This document shows positions 52,968 through 62,434 of a stretch of DNA of 64,000 bases, piece by piece. The notes beneath the pieces were generated by a model. That model did not search any database and was not told the origin of the DNA. It saw only the letters and a program-made list of their open reading frames with translations. The stretch is from Desulfocapsaceae bacterium (lineage in GTDB: Bacteria; Desulfobacterota; Desulfobulbia; Desulfobulbales; Desulfocapsaceae), in assembly GCA_030653035.1 (NCBI GenBank), contig JAUSAB010000023.1, positions 4,282-68,281 of the forward strand, written 5' to 3'. Both the position numbers and the translations under genes were made by a program. The first letter of the stretch is position 1. Each line of letters begins with the position of its first letter.

Positions 52968-55097
52968 TCAGGGGATGTTCTCTGTTTCCTGTTGCGCCGT
53001 GTCGCCCTGACAGATGAGGATTTGATTCCGGCCGTTACTCTTGGCCTGGTAGAGGGCAATGTCGGCAAGTTTGATTATTTCCCAGATTTTTTTGGTGGAG
53101 GAGTGGGAAAATTCGGCGACGCCGATACTTATGGTCTGTTGCAGTGTCCTGCTTGGTGTTTGAATCTTGCGGGTCTCAACTAAGCTTCTGATTCGTTCCG
53201 CCATGGTGGCTGCACAGGATTCTCCGCAGTCTGGAAGGAGAATCAAAAATTCTTCCCCGCCATAGCGGATAACCAGATCTGCTTTTCTGATACAGCTCAG
53301 GATCATTTGCGCTAACTGAACCAGGACGAAATCACCCGTATCGTGGCCAAAAAGGTCATTGACCCTTTTGAAATGATCGATGTCACACATCAAAACGCCG
53401 ATTTTACTTTTTCTGCGGATTGCTCCCTCAACGAATTGTTCTATCATTGAGTCCAGATATCGACGGTTGTAGAGACCGGTAAGGGGGTCTTTAGTGGCCA
53501 TGTCTTCCAATCTTTTGGCAAAATGCTTGGCCTGGAGAATCGGGACGGCCTCGGCGATATAACCTCGGGCCTCTTCTACCGCCATGTTTTTGATATGCTG
53601 CACTTTTTCCGGCAGATCAAGGGCAAAGAGAAATTGGACAACTCCGATAACATGTCCGCTTACCAGCATGGGGATGCAGATATGGTCCATGGTATCTGCA
53701 AAAGGATATTGCTTGCAGATAAATGGAGTTTCCAGGGTGGTGATCATGAGCCCGGTCCGTTTGGCGCGGCAGTGTTCAGCAATAGCAAATTCAGGGAGTT
53801 CCTCTGTCAGTTCCGGAGGATTGCAATAAACGGCCGGCATTACTGTAGCTCGCTCATCAGGTTGTTCCCAGATAATAAAACGTTCCAATCCGAGTTTATG
53901 CTCAAATATCTGTGCCAGTCTGGTGTAGATATCTTTGGTTGATTCATCGGCCTCAATGGTTTGACGAAAGAGGGACAGCTCACGCAGGCGAGTGATCAAC
54001 ATTTGTACCGCCAGGGCTGCCTCGCCCAGTTCGTCCTGTCGGCTGTTGGCCATCTCTGAGAGCTGGAGGAGATTGTCATCTTCAGCTACCTGCTGTCCGC
54101 GCAGTCCAGCCAGGAGTTTTGTCATTCTGCGGAGCAGTTCAACAAAACCGACCAGTGGTTTAATCATTCTTTGATTCAGGAAGAAAGCAATGAGGACAAA
54201 CATGAATGCTGAACCAACGAGACTGGCTGACATAAAAAGGAGATTGGTGCGAGCCAGTTGCAGGCTTGTGGCCATCAGCGTGAAGGATTCCGTGTTTTTA
54301 TCCAAGGAGTTTTGGGTTATTTCGGAGTTCAGGATCTCCAGGAATTGTTCAATCTTATGCTGAGTCTCCAAGTTCGTGATGCGGATGGCTGTGATTGTCT
54401 GGACGGTATCATTGAGTTCGTAGTTGGTTGTTTTCAGTTTCTCGATGAACGCCCGCTGGTCGGAGTTGAGTGTCTGGCCAAGACTGGTCAGCTTGCTGTC
54501 CAGTGTGGCGAAGATTTCTGCGGCATCTTGTTGGATATGAATAAGAGCGTCTATCTGGTTGGTTACAAGAGAGGTTGCATAGAGCTGGTGATGTCGCTGG
54601 GAGGTGCCTCCAACCAGAGACCATATGGCTTTCCCCTCCTGGCTTGATATATTCAGCAGTTGTCCGGTCGTGTTGATGAGGGTCTTTTCGGTTTTGAATA
54701 TTTTCTTGGTATTTTGATCCAGGCTTTTCATCTGAATTTCCAGGGTGTTAAGCATTTCAAGAAACAGCCCCAGGGTTTTTTGTTCTGTTGTGGAGAGTTT
54801 GTGGTGCAGATCTTCTGCGTATTTGTGAACTAAATTGAGGTTGTCGGTGCTGCCGGACTGCAGATAGAGACGTAGCTGGGTGTGAATTTCACCAATGAGC
54901 CGGGTTTTTTCAAAATTGGTTTGAAGATTCTGCTGGAGGGTCTGTGACGATTGCTGCATCGTGATCTGGCTGAAGATGAACTGTTGGAGTCGCCATATCC
55001 CGAAGATTCCACAGCCCATGATTGAGAGTAGGGCAATAAGGATAATCGCGTGGAGCTGCTTTCGAAATGACCAGGTTTTTGGATGATTGGGGTGCAT
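52968..55097 (-). CDS. Membrane-anchored diguanylate cyclase (sensor region + HAMP + GAF-like + GGDEF)
   Basis: Two TM segments flank a ~270-aa region. The C-terminal GGDEF domain has LTGLYNRRY, DIDHFKRVND and active-site RYGGEEFL. Confidence 0.85.
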   Translation of the reverse strand: MHPNHPKTWSFRKQLHAIILIALLSIMGCGIFGIWRLQQFIFSQITMQQSSQTLQQNLQTNFEKTRLIGEIHTQLRLYLQSGSTDNLNLVHKYAEDLHHKLSTTEQKTLGLFLEMLNTLEIQMKSLDQNTKKIFKTEKTLINTTGQLLNISSQEGKAIWSLVGGTSQRHHQLYATSLVTNQIDALIHIQQDAAEIFATLDSKLTSLGQTLNSDQRAFIEKLKTTNYELNDTVQTITAIRITNLETQHKIEQFLEILNSEITQNSLDKNTESFTLMATSLQLARTNLLFMSASLVGSAFMFVLIAFFLNQRMIKPLVGFVELLRRMTKLLAGLRGQQVAEDDNLLQLSEMANSRQDELGEAALAVQMLITRLRELSLFRQTIEADESTKDIYTRLAQIFEHKLGLERFIIWEQPDERATVMPAVYCNPPELTEELPEFAIAEHCRAKRTGLMITTLETPFICKQYPFADTMDHICIPMLVSGHVIGVVQFLFALDLPEKVQHIKNMAVEEARGYIAEAVPILQAKHFAKRLEDMATKDPLTGLYNRRYLDSMIEQFVEGAIRRKSKIGVLMCDIDHFKRVNDLFGHDTGDFVLVQLAQMILSCIRKADLVIRYGGEEFLILLPDCGESCAATMAERIRSLVETRKIQTPSRTLQQTISIGVAEFSHSSTKKIWEIIKLADIALYQAKSNGRNQILICQGDTAQQETENIP

Positions 55098-55295
55098 GTT
55101 GCTGGGGGTAATGGCTCAAGATGGTGATTTTTGGGTTCAGTGAGAGATCTATATTGCCGAGATCAAAGCGAATAGCCGTTTCACGGCTTATAACCTCAAT
55201 AGTCAGAGTTGTATGCTGAATCGTATCTGGTGTCAATGAATAATCTGGCAGGCAACATGCAAGGGGCTGTTACGAAAGAATTCTTGCATTTTTAT

Positions 55296-56729
55296 TCATT
55301 CCGTAACGACTCCTAAGGGGATGAGTTCCATGCGGTGATTGGTGTCGGGGTGAAGCGGTGAAGGCCCTTCCGTCAGGATGGAAAACTCGCCGGGGAGCCC
55401 AAAGCGGCGTTGCAGGTTGTCAGCATAACGGTTCCATTCTTCGGGCATGGGATGGGCGGTCAGTGGATGTACGCCATAAGAAAAAAGGAGCTCCTGGCAG
55501 GTTTTTTCTGAGCTGGAGATGGCAAAGGTCCAGACTTTATGGCGAAAACGGGCAATATTGCGGGCGGATGCTCCTGATTGGGTGGGGATGATCAGGAATG
55601 CGGGTTCTATCCGTTCGATGGTCGAATCTATGGCTAGAGCGATGAGGCCTGTGGCTGCCTTCTTCCAGTCGCTGTCCAGGGAAAGCTGTCTTTTGAGTGG
55701 ACAGTCGGGGCGGAAGTTTTCAATGGATGTCCCTATAGAGGCCAGCATAGCGACGGCCTCAACAGGATAGGTGCCCATGGCTGATTCCGCAGAGAGCATG
55801 ATGCAATCGGTGCCATCAAGGATGGCATTGGCCACATCGGTGGCCTCGGCCCGGGTCGGTCTGCGGTTGGTGGTCATGGATTCAAGCATCTGGGTGGCGG
55901 TAATTACCGGTTTGCCAGCCCTTTGGGCGTGGGCCATGATTGTTTTCTGGGTGATGGCCATGTCCTCAATGGGAATTTCAACTCCCAGATCGCCACGTGC
56001 GATCATCAGGCCGTCGGTAGCCTGTAAAATGGCATCAAGATGATTGAGGGCGGCAGAGCGTTCGATCTTGGCGATAATAAAAGGAGAATATCCCAATTGC
56101 CAGGCTGTCTCTCTGACATCTCTGAGATCGGCCTCGGTCGCGACAAAGGATTGGCTGATGGCGTCCACACCATGTCTGAGGGCAAATTCCAGACATTTTC
56201 GATCATGGGCGGTAAAGGCTGAGATTCCAAGATCAATGCCCGGGAGATTGAGTCCTTTGCGTGAGCGTAATTTGCCGCCAACCTGGACGATGCAGTTTAC
56301 TTCCTGACCATGCACGGAATCAACAGCGAGCTGAATAAAGCCATCGTCGAGATAAAGGATGTCGCCTGCCTTGACTGCCTGCGGCAACTCCTGGTAGCTT
56401 ACTGAGACTCGGCGTGCATCCCCTGTTATCTCCTCAGTGGTCAGGGTGTAAATGTCGCCTGCCTGAAGCAGAATGGGTTCGTCTGCAATAGTGCCGATAC
56501 GCATCTTGGGGCCCGGAAGGTCTGCCATGATAGCGACGCGGCAGCCGCATTGCTGGGCAGCTTCTCGTATTTTAGCAATGGTCTTGCGATGGGAAGAGAA
56601 TGCGCCGTGGGAAAAATTCAACCGGGCAATATTCATCCCAGCTTTAATCATTTGGATTAAGGTTGGCACATTGTCAGAGGTGGGCCCTATTGTGGCGATG
56701 ATTTTTGTTTTGTTTTTCGGAAGGTTCAT
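55296..56729 (-). CDS. pyk: Pyruvate kinase
   Basis: From ATG 56729: KTKIIATIGPTSD, NIARLNFSHG, MADLPGPKMR, IAKIE, MIARGDLGVEIP, ATQMLESM. Confidence 0.9.
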   Translation of the reverse strand: MNLPKNKTKIIATIGPTSDNVPTLIQMIKAGMNIARLNFSHGAFSSHRKTIAKIREAAQQCGCRVAIMADLPGPKMRIGTIADEPILLQAGDIYTLTTEEITGDARRVSVSYQELPQAVKAGDILYLDDGFIQLAVDSVHGQEVNCIVQVGGKLRSRKGLNLPGIDLGISAFTAHDRKCLEFALRHGVDAISQSFVATEADLRDVRETAWQLGYSPFIIAKIERSAALNHLDAILQATDGLMIARGDLGVEIPIEDMAITQKTIMAHAQRAGKPVITATQMLESMTTNRRPTRAEATDVANAILDGTDCIMLSAESAMGTYPVEAVAMLASIGTSIENFRPDCPLKRQLSLDSDWKKAATGLIALAIDSTIERIEPAFLIIPTQSGASARNIARFRHKVWTFAISSSEKTCQELLFSYGVHPLTAHPMPEEWNRYADNLQRRFGLPGEFSILTEGPSPLHPDTNHRMELIPLGVVTE

Positions 56730-56829
56730 TTTTCTACCTTTGAGATTTTTGTAAGATTCTTTGCAGAGAAAAAACGTGTAAAAGTGTTGACGAAGATCCA
56801 GTGAGTATGCTATAAGTGGCCACAAATAT

Positions 56830-56905
56830 TCCTCGGTAGCTCAGCTGGTAGAGCAGGTGACTGTTAATCACCCTGTCGGCGGTTCGAATCCGTCCCGGGG
56901 AGCCA
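56830..56905 (+). tRNA. tRNA-Asn (anticodon GTT)
   Basis: Cloverleaf folded by hand: acceptor TCCTCGG/CCGGGGA, D stem GCTC/GAGC, anticodon stem GGTGA/TCACC with loop CTGTTAA, T arm GGCGG-TTCGAAT-CCGTC, encoded CCA. Confidence 0.9.
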
Positions 56906-56951
56906 GCAATCTCAAGTCCAACTCTTGAATTGGACTTTCTTTTTTTTGTGT

Positions 56952-57029
56952 CGGGGCGTAGCGCAGTCTGGTTAGCGCGCCTGCCTTGGGAGCAGGAGGC
57001 CGCAGGTTCGAATCCTGCCGCCCCGACCA
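56952..57029 (+). tRNA. tRNA-Pro (anticodon TGG)
   Basis: Acceptor CGGGGCG/CGCCCCG, D stem GCGC/GCGC, anticodon stem CCTGC/GCAGG with loop CTTGGGA, T arm GCAGG-TTCGAAT-CCTGC, encoded CCA. Confidence 0.9.
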
Positions 57030-57070
57030 TAAATCAAGGACTTAGCGCATTTTGGATTGTTGAAAATTGG

Positions 57071-57095
57071 CGACAATTAGCGACAATTAGCGACA
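57071..57095. repeat. 10-bp tandem repeat CGACAATTAG x2.5 just 3' of tRNA-Pro
   Basis: Read directly from the sequence. It sits at the transition from GC-rich core to AT-rich island. Confidence 0.8.
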
Positions 57096-57608
57096 TGCTA
57101 TCCAATATGTGTTAAGTTCTTTTTTTTTATTATCTTAATCGTCTGTTTAACATCATCTGTAAAACTCTTTAACATCAACGCCTGCACTCCCCATTATTTC
57201 CTTCAAAGACAAAATCCCGTATTTCTTTTAAGCATATGGTCAGCGATAAAATCAACGAACGATGTGATTTTTATTCAATCTGCTGAAAAATATGTCACTT
57301 CTTCGCTTAAAAGTATCTGAGTCTTATAGACTTCTCCAAGGGTACCATTACTACCTCTTCGTTGCAACTCCAGTGAAGATCAAAATGATTGCCAGTTAGT
57401 TTTAAAAATCACAGTTGGCCGGAATAAAAAAAAATATCTGATAGCATTTTGGGTGTCGATAATCTACACCCGTCAAAACTGGCATTGATTTTTATAGGAC
57501 AATTTCTTGTATTATCTAAAATCTGCAACTGTTCACTATTTAGGGTGTGCGGACTAATCGTAGGATTTAGACATTATCTTTTTTGGATTATGTGATATTC
57601 TGACCTGC

Positions 57609-58046
57609 ATGAAAACAGACTCCTCAATAAATGCCATTTTTGAAGTTGAACAAAAAACCAAGGTTGTATGTCCTCTCTTTACCTGCGGCGTTTCTGCCGG
57701 ATTTCCATCACCAGCCGAAGACCATATTGATCGAAAGCTTGATTTGAATGAATTGTTGATTCAGCATCCGGTTGCCACGTTTTTTGTAAGGGTTGCTGGC
57801 GAGTCAATGAAAGATGCCGGGATAAATCATGGAGATATACTGGTTGTTGATAGATCCCTTGAAGCTGTGAGTGGCAAAATTGTCATCGCTATCGTTAATG
57901 GCGAACTGACAGTAAAAAAAATCATACAAGATAGCGCATCCTGCCAGTTAGTTGCAGCAAACCCTGACTATCCTCCTGTTGAAATCACCGAAGATACTGA
58001 TTTCAGTGTTTGGGGAGTGGTCACCAGTGTTATTCATCAATTCTAA
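57609..58046 (+). CDS. umuD: UmuD-like S24 peptidase (translesion polymerase V accessory subunit / LexA-like autoprotease)
   Basis: Cleavage-site context CGVSAGFPSPAED, catalytic Ser GESM and Lys in ...ELTVKK. 145 aa. Confidence 0.85.
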   Translation: MKTDSSINAIFEVEQKTKVVCPLFTCGVSAGFPSPAEDHIDRKLDLNELLIQHPVATFFVRVAGESMKDAGINHGDILVVDRSLEAVSGKIVIAIVNGELTVKKIIQDSASCQLVAANPDYPPVEITEDTDFSVWGVVTSVIHQF

Positions 58047-58058
58047 TCGGCGTGTTCG

Positions 58059-58145
58059 ATGAAGAAAGTATTCGCCCTTGTTGATTGCAATATTCCACAT
58101 TATCTTCACAGCCGCGGCATTGGCGTGATTAACAGTGAATTCTGA
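58059..58145 (+). pseudogene. umuC: Remnant of umuC (Y-family polymerase), only the first ~11 codons recognisable
   Basis: My own translation is MKKVFALVDCN followed by an unrelated IPHYLHSRGIGVINSEF*. UmuC proteins start M.FALVDCNSFYASCE and are ~420 aa. Confidence 0.5.
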
Positions 58146-58159
58146 TACAATCAAAAAAT

Positions 58160-58759
58160 ATGAAAATAAAAATATCTGTATTTATTGTATTTTTAATTCT
58201 TTTAGCTCCCTTGAGAGTCTTTGCATTCGTGTTTGATCAATGGGAATCAGGGATGGATATAAATACAATTTATTCTATAGCTAAAAAGAATGATATTCCA
58301 TTGCACAAAGAAGGACTGATCTCGATTAATAAAAGATATAATTCGCTTATGTGTGAAAAATATAGAGATACTGCAACTGTTTATTATTACCCTGCGAATT
58401 TATTGGGAGAATTTGCGAAAGTTAATTTATTGCTCACACCGATAGGTAAAAAAGTATATCAAGTTTCCATTGTATGGAATAAACGCCAGCAGGGGAAAAA
58501 GTCAGAATTTACAAATGATGTAAAAAAGACAATAGAACAAAAATATGGGGCGGCAAAAAAGTTAAATGGAAACATTTTTGTCGATGAATTTGTGTGGAGT
58601 GTAAACGATGGAACACAAATATCCATAAAAAGTTCTCATGGAGATCTGAGTTTAATTTATGAAGATAAAATCATGAAAGACATGCTTGATAAAGAACAAG
58701 CGTCTATAGCTAACCAAAAAAAAGTAAAAGCTCATTTTACAGATGAGAGTAAATTTTGA
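58160..58759 (+). CDS. Hypothetical secreted protein (AT-rich, island-borne)
   Basis: Signal peptide MKIKISVFIVFLILLAPLRVFA. I recognised no other motifs. Lys/Asn-rich composition matches the island. Confidence 0.45.
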   Translation: MKIKISVFIVFLILLAPLRVFAFVFDQWESGMDINTIYSIAKKNDIPLHKEGLISINKRYNSLMCEKYRDTATVYYYPANLLGEFAKVNLLLTPIGKKVYQVSIVWNKRQQGKKSEFTNDVKKTIEQKYGAAKKLNGNIFVDEFVWSVNDGTQISIKSSHGDLSLIYEDKIMKDMLDKEQASIANQKKVKAHFTDESKF

Positions 58760-58774
58760 TATTCGTTGCGGATA

Positions 58775-60504
58775 AACAGGGGAATAGGGGGCCACTCCCG
58801 AATGGCGATAGTTTAAGCGTTTTTTTAAACCGCAGGGAGTAAACTTGGGACTGTCCCGAATGGCACTAGTTTAAGCGTTTCCAGCACGATATGTGCTCCG
58901 ATGTGGAATCTCTTTCATTTCATGCCTTGGCGAGGTTAGCCGTTGGTAATTTTTGGGTCGTCGCTTTAGGCATCGAGGTTCTTGTCTCCCTGGACGTTGT
59001 CTGATTGGTGTGTTGGTCATTGCGTCATATAAATCACTGATCAGCCTGAAATGCTCTGCTCTACTGATCTTCGTCTGATTTAAATGAGGTTCCCAGTTAC
59101 GAAGGGCCTGCACACTGCCCTTAAAACTCACCACTCGAACCGCAATATCCGCTTCTTCCGCCGCTTCGTACATCAATCGTCGGACACAGTTGTAGGCGAT
59201 AATATACATCAAGATTTCTTTGCGGATCATCTCTGGTGTTTGGCAGCGTAGGATATCCAGGCCCATAGTCGTCTTGATGTCGCGAAAGAATAACTCGACA
59301 TCCCACCGCTTGAAGTAAAGTTCAGCAATTTGCTCAGCAGGATATAGCTTGGCATCAAGCAGGGTGGTAACGATGTAAAACCCTTGTGTCCTAAATCCAG
59401 AATGTGGCACCGTGACCTTGATCTGTCGCAAAACCAGCTCTTCCGGAAGTTCCTCCCATGCGTCTTTCGAATACGACAGAATGGCGTTATAGACGGGGCG
59501 TTCCCATTTTATCAGCAGATCGTTGCCTCCGAGCTTTTTGAGGCTGCCTGCTGCAGTGACCGGCGTTCTTCTGGCAAGGGTAATAACGCTGTCAACGCCT
59601 TGTTTTGCCAAGTTTGCGATGTCGAAATAACTACAGAACCCTTTGTCTCCAAGAAAGATGTCTCCCTGCTTAAACATCTTCCACTGCTTGCGGAACAGCG
59701 GGAGCTCGCTACTCTTTTTATTACCGATGGCGTAGCTGAGTAAGGCCCCACTTTCCAGAGAAAAACAAGCGCAGATACGAGCCGTTGGGAACCCGCACCC
59801 CGGCTTCTGAGAGGCCGACTGCGGCCAAGCTTCCTGATTATCAGGGGTATCCGGCATGCTGACTCCTGTCCCGTCAACAACAATGACCCGCCGGTTATTC
59901 AGCAATCCGGCCACCGGCATTTTATCAAGCCGATCTGCCGTGTGTTCAAAAATCTCAACGAGCATCTGTTCATCCAACTTCTTACGAGCCGTGCAATACG
60001 AAGCGGTCGAAGACGAAGGAACCTTGCCTCCTTTGATAGAGACATAGGACTGAAGCTTACGAATCACTTCCTTGCAGCCTCCGTCCGCATCCACCACCTG
60101 ACTGAAAAAGGCCCAAAAGATATTCTCTTTGGAGAAAATCCTTCGGCGACTCATGACCCCGTCCCGCTCCGGCTTGAGAAGTGTGCGGGGGATAAACTTT
60201 TCAAAGACCTCGCCGATCTGCTTGAAAGATTTTTGCTTCAACAGAGCTATCTTTTCGGCAAGTTTCTGCTGGGCCGAACGGGGTTTTTGACGCAGGGTCC
60301 GTAGATGCAATCCTGGAAGGAATGGCATTGTCTTTTTTGTATTTTGCATTGGTAAATATACCAATTTTAGCCAATGTTTTCAGCTTGTTTCTCATACAAA
60401 AAACCCTTAAACTAGTGCCATTCGGGACAGTCCCGGTTTTGCTGGCCTCCGCCCTTAAACTAGCGCCATTTGGGGCTGTCCCTCCTTTCACTCCTTCCCC
60501 TGTT
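58775..60504 (-). mobile_element. IS4-family insertion sequence with two copies of a ~30-bp terminal motif at each end
   Basis: Inner perfect 29-bp inverted repeats GGGACTGTCCCGAATGGCACTAGTTTAAG (58847-58875 vs 60406-60434). A second degenerate copy lies at each end (58787-58819 and 60452-60482). Outermost inverted AACAGGGGAA / TTCCCCTGTT sits at 58775-58784 and 60495-60504. I found no flanking direct repeat. Confidence 0.8.
58871..60364 (-). CDS. IS4-family DDE transposase
   Basis: 497 aa with the Y-(2)-R-(3)-E-(6)-K signature (YFKRWDVELFFRDIK) and DDE context (VVDGT..., LGDKGF...). The stop codon lies inside the left inverted repeat. Confidence 0.85.
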   Translation of the reverse strand: MVYLPMQNTKKTMPFLPGLHLRTLRQKPRSAQQKLAEKIALLKQKSFKQIGEVFEKFIPRTLLKPERDGVMSRRRIFSKENIFWAFFSQVVDADGGCKEVIRKLQSYVSIKGGKVPSSSTASYCTARKKLDEQMLVEIFEHTADRLDKMPVAGLLNNRRVIVVDGTGVSMPDTPDNQEAWPQSASQKPGCGFPTARICACFSLESGALLSYAIGNKKSSELPLFRKQWKMFKQGDIFLGDKGFCSYFDIANLAKQGVDSVITLARRTPVTAAGSLKKLGGNDLLIKWERPVYNAILSYSKDAWEELPEELVLRQIKVTVPHSGFRTQGFYIVTTLLDAKLYPAEQIAELYFKRWDVELFFRDIKTTMGLDILRCQTPEMIRKEILMYIIAYNCVRRLMYEAAEEADIAVRVVSFKGSVQALRNWEPHLNQTKISRAEHFRLISDLYDAMTNTPIRQRPGRQEPRCLKRRPKNYQRLTSPRHEMKEIPHRSTYRAGNA

Positions 60505-60525
60505 CAATTTTCTCTTTAAAATTAC

Positions 60526-61011
60526 TTACGGCGCATGCAAAACCGGGTTGTCATGGGCAACGGCAGCGCCGCCCCCAAACCTGACGCCTTCATACACCCA
60601 CCATGCGCGGATATCTGTCATCCCGTCCTCTTTGCAAATCGCCCGCAGGGTCTGGTCGGCGGTTTCTCTGTACACAGGGTCAAGGCCATGCTCGCGTATG
60701 AGCTGATAGAGCGCATCGTGGACCAAGGAACCCCGCATGAAGTTCCGGGTGTCAATGGTCGGGCCCGATGGCCCATCCCAGGCATACCCTTTTTTAATCC
60801 TGAGCAGACCGTCTGACCGCAAGCAGATAAAATCCGAGTAGATATCTCTGTCCAGAGTGATCGGGATGACCACCAGATAGTCCCGGTCGAGCTGATATTT
60901 GTATCCTTCCTTGTAGGCAATCCCTGTCTTTTCAGCGTCAAAGCGGTCAAACTTAACCGACCATTTCTCCCAGTCGGCATCATTGACATCCAAGGTAGGC
61001 ATAGCGATCAT
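60526..61011 (-). CDS. DUF1353 domain protein (phage-associated)
   Basis: GYKYQLDRDY, ...GYAWDGPSGP...RGSLVHDALYQL is the typical DUF1353 core. Confidence 0.75.
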   Translation of the reverse strand: MIAMPTLDVNDADWEKWSVKFDRFDAEKTGIAYKEGYKYQLDRDYLVVIPITLDRDIYSDFICLRSDGLLRIKKGYAWDGPSGPTIDTRNFMRGSLVHDALYQLIREHGLDPVYRETADQTLRAICKEDGMTDIRAWWVYEGVRFGGGAAVAHDNPVLHAP

Positions 61012-61015
61012 GGCC

Positions 61016-61411
61016 CTATCCTTCTTTCAGGGAACGATGATGGCCGATGTCGGCGACAAAGGTCATACTGGCGGCCCAATAGGGCGGCTTACCTCTCACC
61101 ATGCCCTGCAGGGCATAGTAATGGGTGGCTCCGTGCAGGGTATCGCCTGCCAGCCACTCCGTCTGGGCGGCCTGGAAGTTTTCCATGGCATGGAGGAACG
61201 CCGCCATATCTTTTATCCAGACAGCCGGGTCTTTCAGGCCGTTGTTGAAACAGGAGAACTGCTTGCGGGCCTTGACGACATCCTCCACCGCCCAGCCTTT
61301 GGCCTTGGCCCTATTCAGGATCACCTTGACCACAGCCCGCTGGCCGATGTCGCTTTCGCCCCTGGCCTCGTGATAGACGGTAAGGGCAAGCCAAAACAGG
61401 ATCTTGACCAT
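61016..61411 (-). CDS. SleB/CwlJ-type cell-wall hydrolase (Hydrolase_2; phage endolysin-like)
   Basis: LALTVYHEARGES..GQRAVVKVILNR, QFSC and ATHYY motifs. Confidence 0.8.
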   Translation of the reverse strand: MVKILFWLALTVYHEARGESDIGQRAVVKVILNRAKAKGWAVEDVVKARKQFSCFNNGLKDPAVWIKDMAAFLHAMENFQAAQTEWLAGDTLHGATHYYALQGMVRGKPPYWAASMTFVADIGHHRSLKEG

Positions 61412-61810
61412 AAGAACACCCCGTGGAATTGGTTAAATATCAATCGTTGGTGTGTTCTTTATATACGGACTGCAGGGGAGGGTATATGTGATGGGGTTCA
61501 GGAGATGGGAACGGAGGGGAGATACCTCTATCAGCAAATTCTGCCCCAGAATTTGCGTTATGGGAGAAAATCAACTACAAGAAAAAGATGTGTGATAATG
61601 GGGCGGAATTCAATTCTGCCCCATTATTTATTGACAACAAAGATGATGGGCGCAAAAGAACCAGGGTAGAATCGGGGACGGGTAGAATCAGAGGCAAACT
61701 ATATTTTATGCATAGACAAACGTGGTCTGATCCCGATTGCACCGCTGGACGCCAAACAGCTGGCGAAAGTGAAAATAGCGTTAGCCTCAAGAATATAAGG
61801 AGTATTGCTA

Positions 61811-62434
61811 GTGCATGACTATTCAATAGACAATCATCCAAAAGAAAAAATTCTCTTTGTCCTAGCATTCTTGGCCATTGCTTTAGCCCCTATTCTTAAT
61901 TCCATAGTCCAAAATGTTTTGAAAACAATTGGTGCGAGTGCTGGGTGGAGTTCTGCTCCAATTACAGCCATCCCGGTGTTTGGCTTGTTTGGTTTGTTGT
62001 ACTGGATTTTTAATAAATACCTTTGGCGAATTTCTATGTTTAGGAAATTCCTTCTAGTCCCTGATTTAAATGGCAAATGGACAGTTGAGGGCTCTACAAC
62101 GCTGAAGAATGGAAAAGAAGTTGAATATGCTTGGGGCGGCGTATTTACTGTCACTCAATCTTGGTCAAAAATATTGATTTATCTGCAAGCAAGTCAATCA
62201 GCATCAAAAAGTGTATCAGCTAGTATACATTTAGAAGACAGCGTCGGGCATAGACTCTTGTATCAATACGAAAATGAGCCAAGTGCTGATCAGTTAGAAC
62301 TAAAAAAGCATTCTGGTTCCGCTGAACTTTTATTTGACATAGAAGGCCTAACAGCTAAAGGACATTATTATACCGATCAGCATCGAAATACTGTTGGAAC
62401 TATGAAATTAAGGAAAAGCGAAAATGATAATTAA
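61811..62434 (+). CDS. CBASS effector candidate: two N-terminal TM helices + beta-strand-rich C-terminal domain (S-2TM-beta / Cap15-like)
   Basis: TM1 ILFVLAFLAIALAPIL and TM2 ITAIPVFGLFGLLYWIF, then LNGKWTVEG...WGGVFTVTQSWSKILIYL...LLYQYENEP...GSAELLFD...KGHYYTD...GTMKLRK. GTG 61811 sits 9 nt after AAGGAG. It overlaps the NTase gene by 11 nt. Confidence 0.65.
   Translation: MHDYSIDNHPKEKILFVLAFLAIALAPILNSIVQNVLKTIGASAGWSSAPITAIPVFGLFGLLYWIFNKYLWRISMFRKFLLVPDLNGKWTVEGSTTLKNGKEVEYAWGGVFTVTQSWSKILIYLQASQSASKSVSASIHLEDSVGHRLLYQYENEPSADQLELKKHSGSAELLFDIEGLTAKGHYYTDQHRNTVGTMKLRKSENDN

Noticed and set aside
57100-57608. A search for a degraded integrase gene between tRNA-Pro and umuD.
   Set aside because: All six frames are broken by frequent stops. 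I recognised no tyrosine-recombinase motif (R..HxxR..Y) in the short frames I translated by hand.
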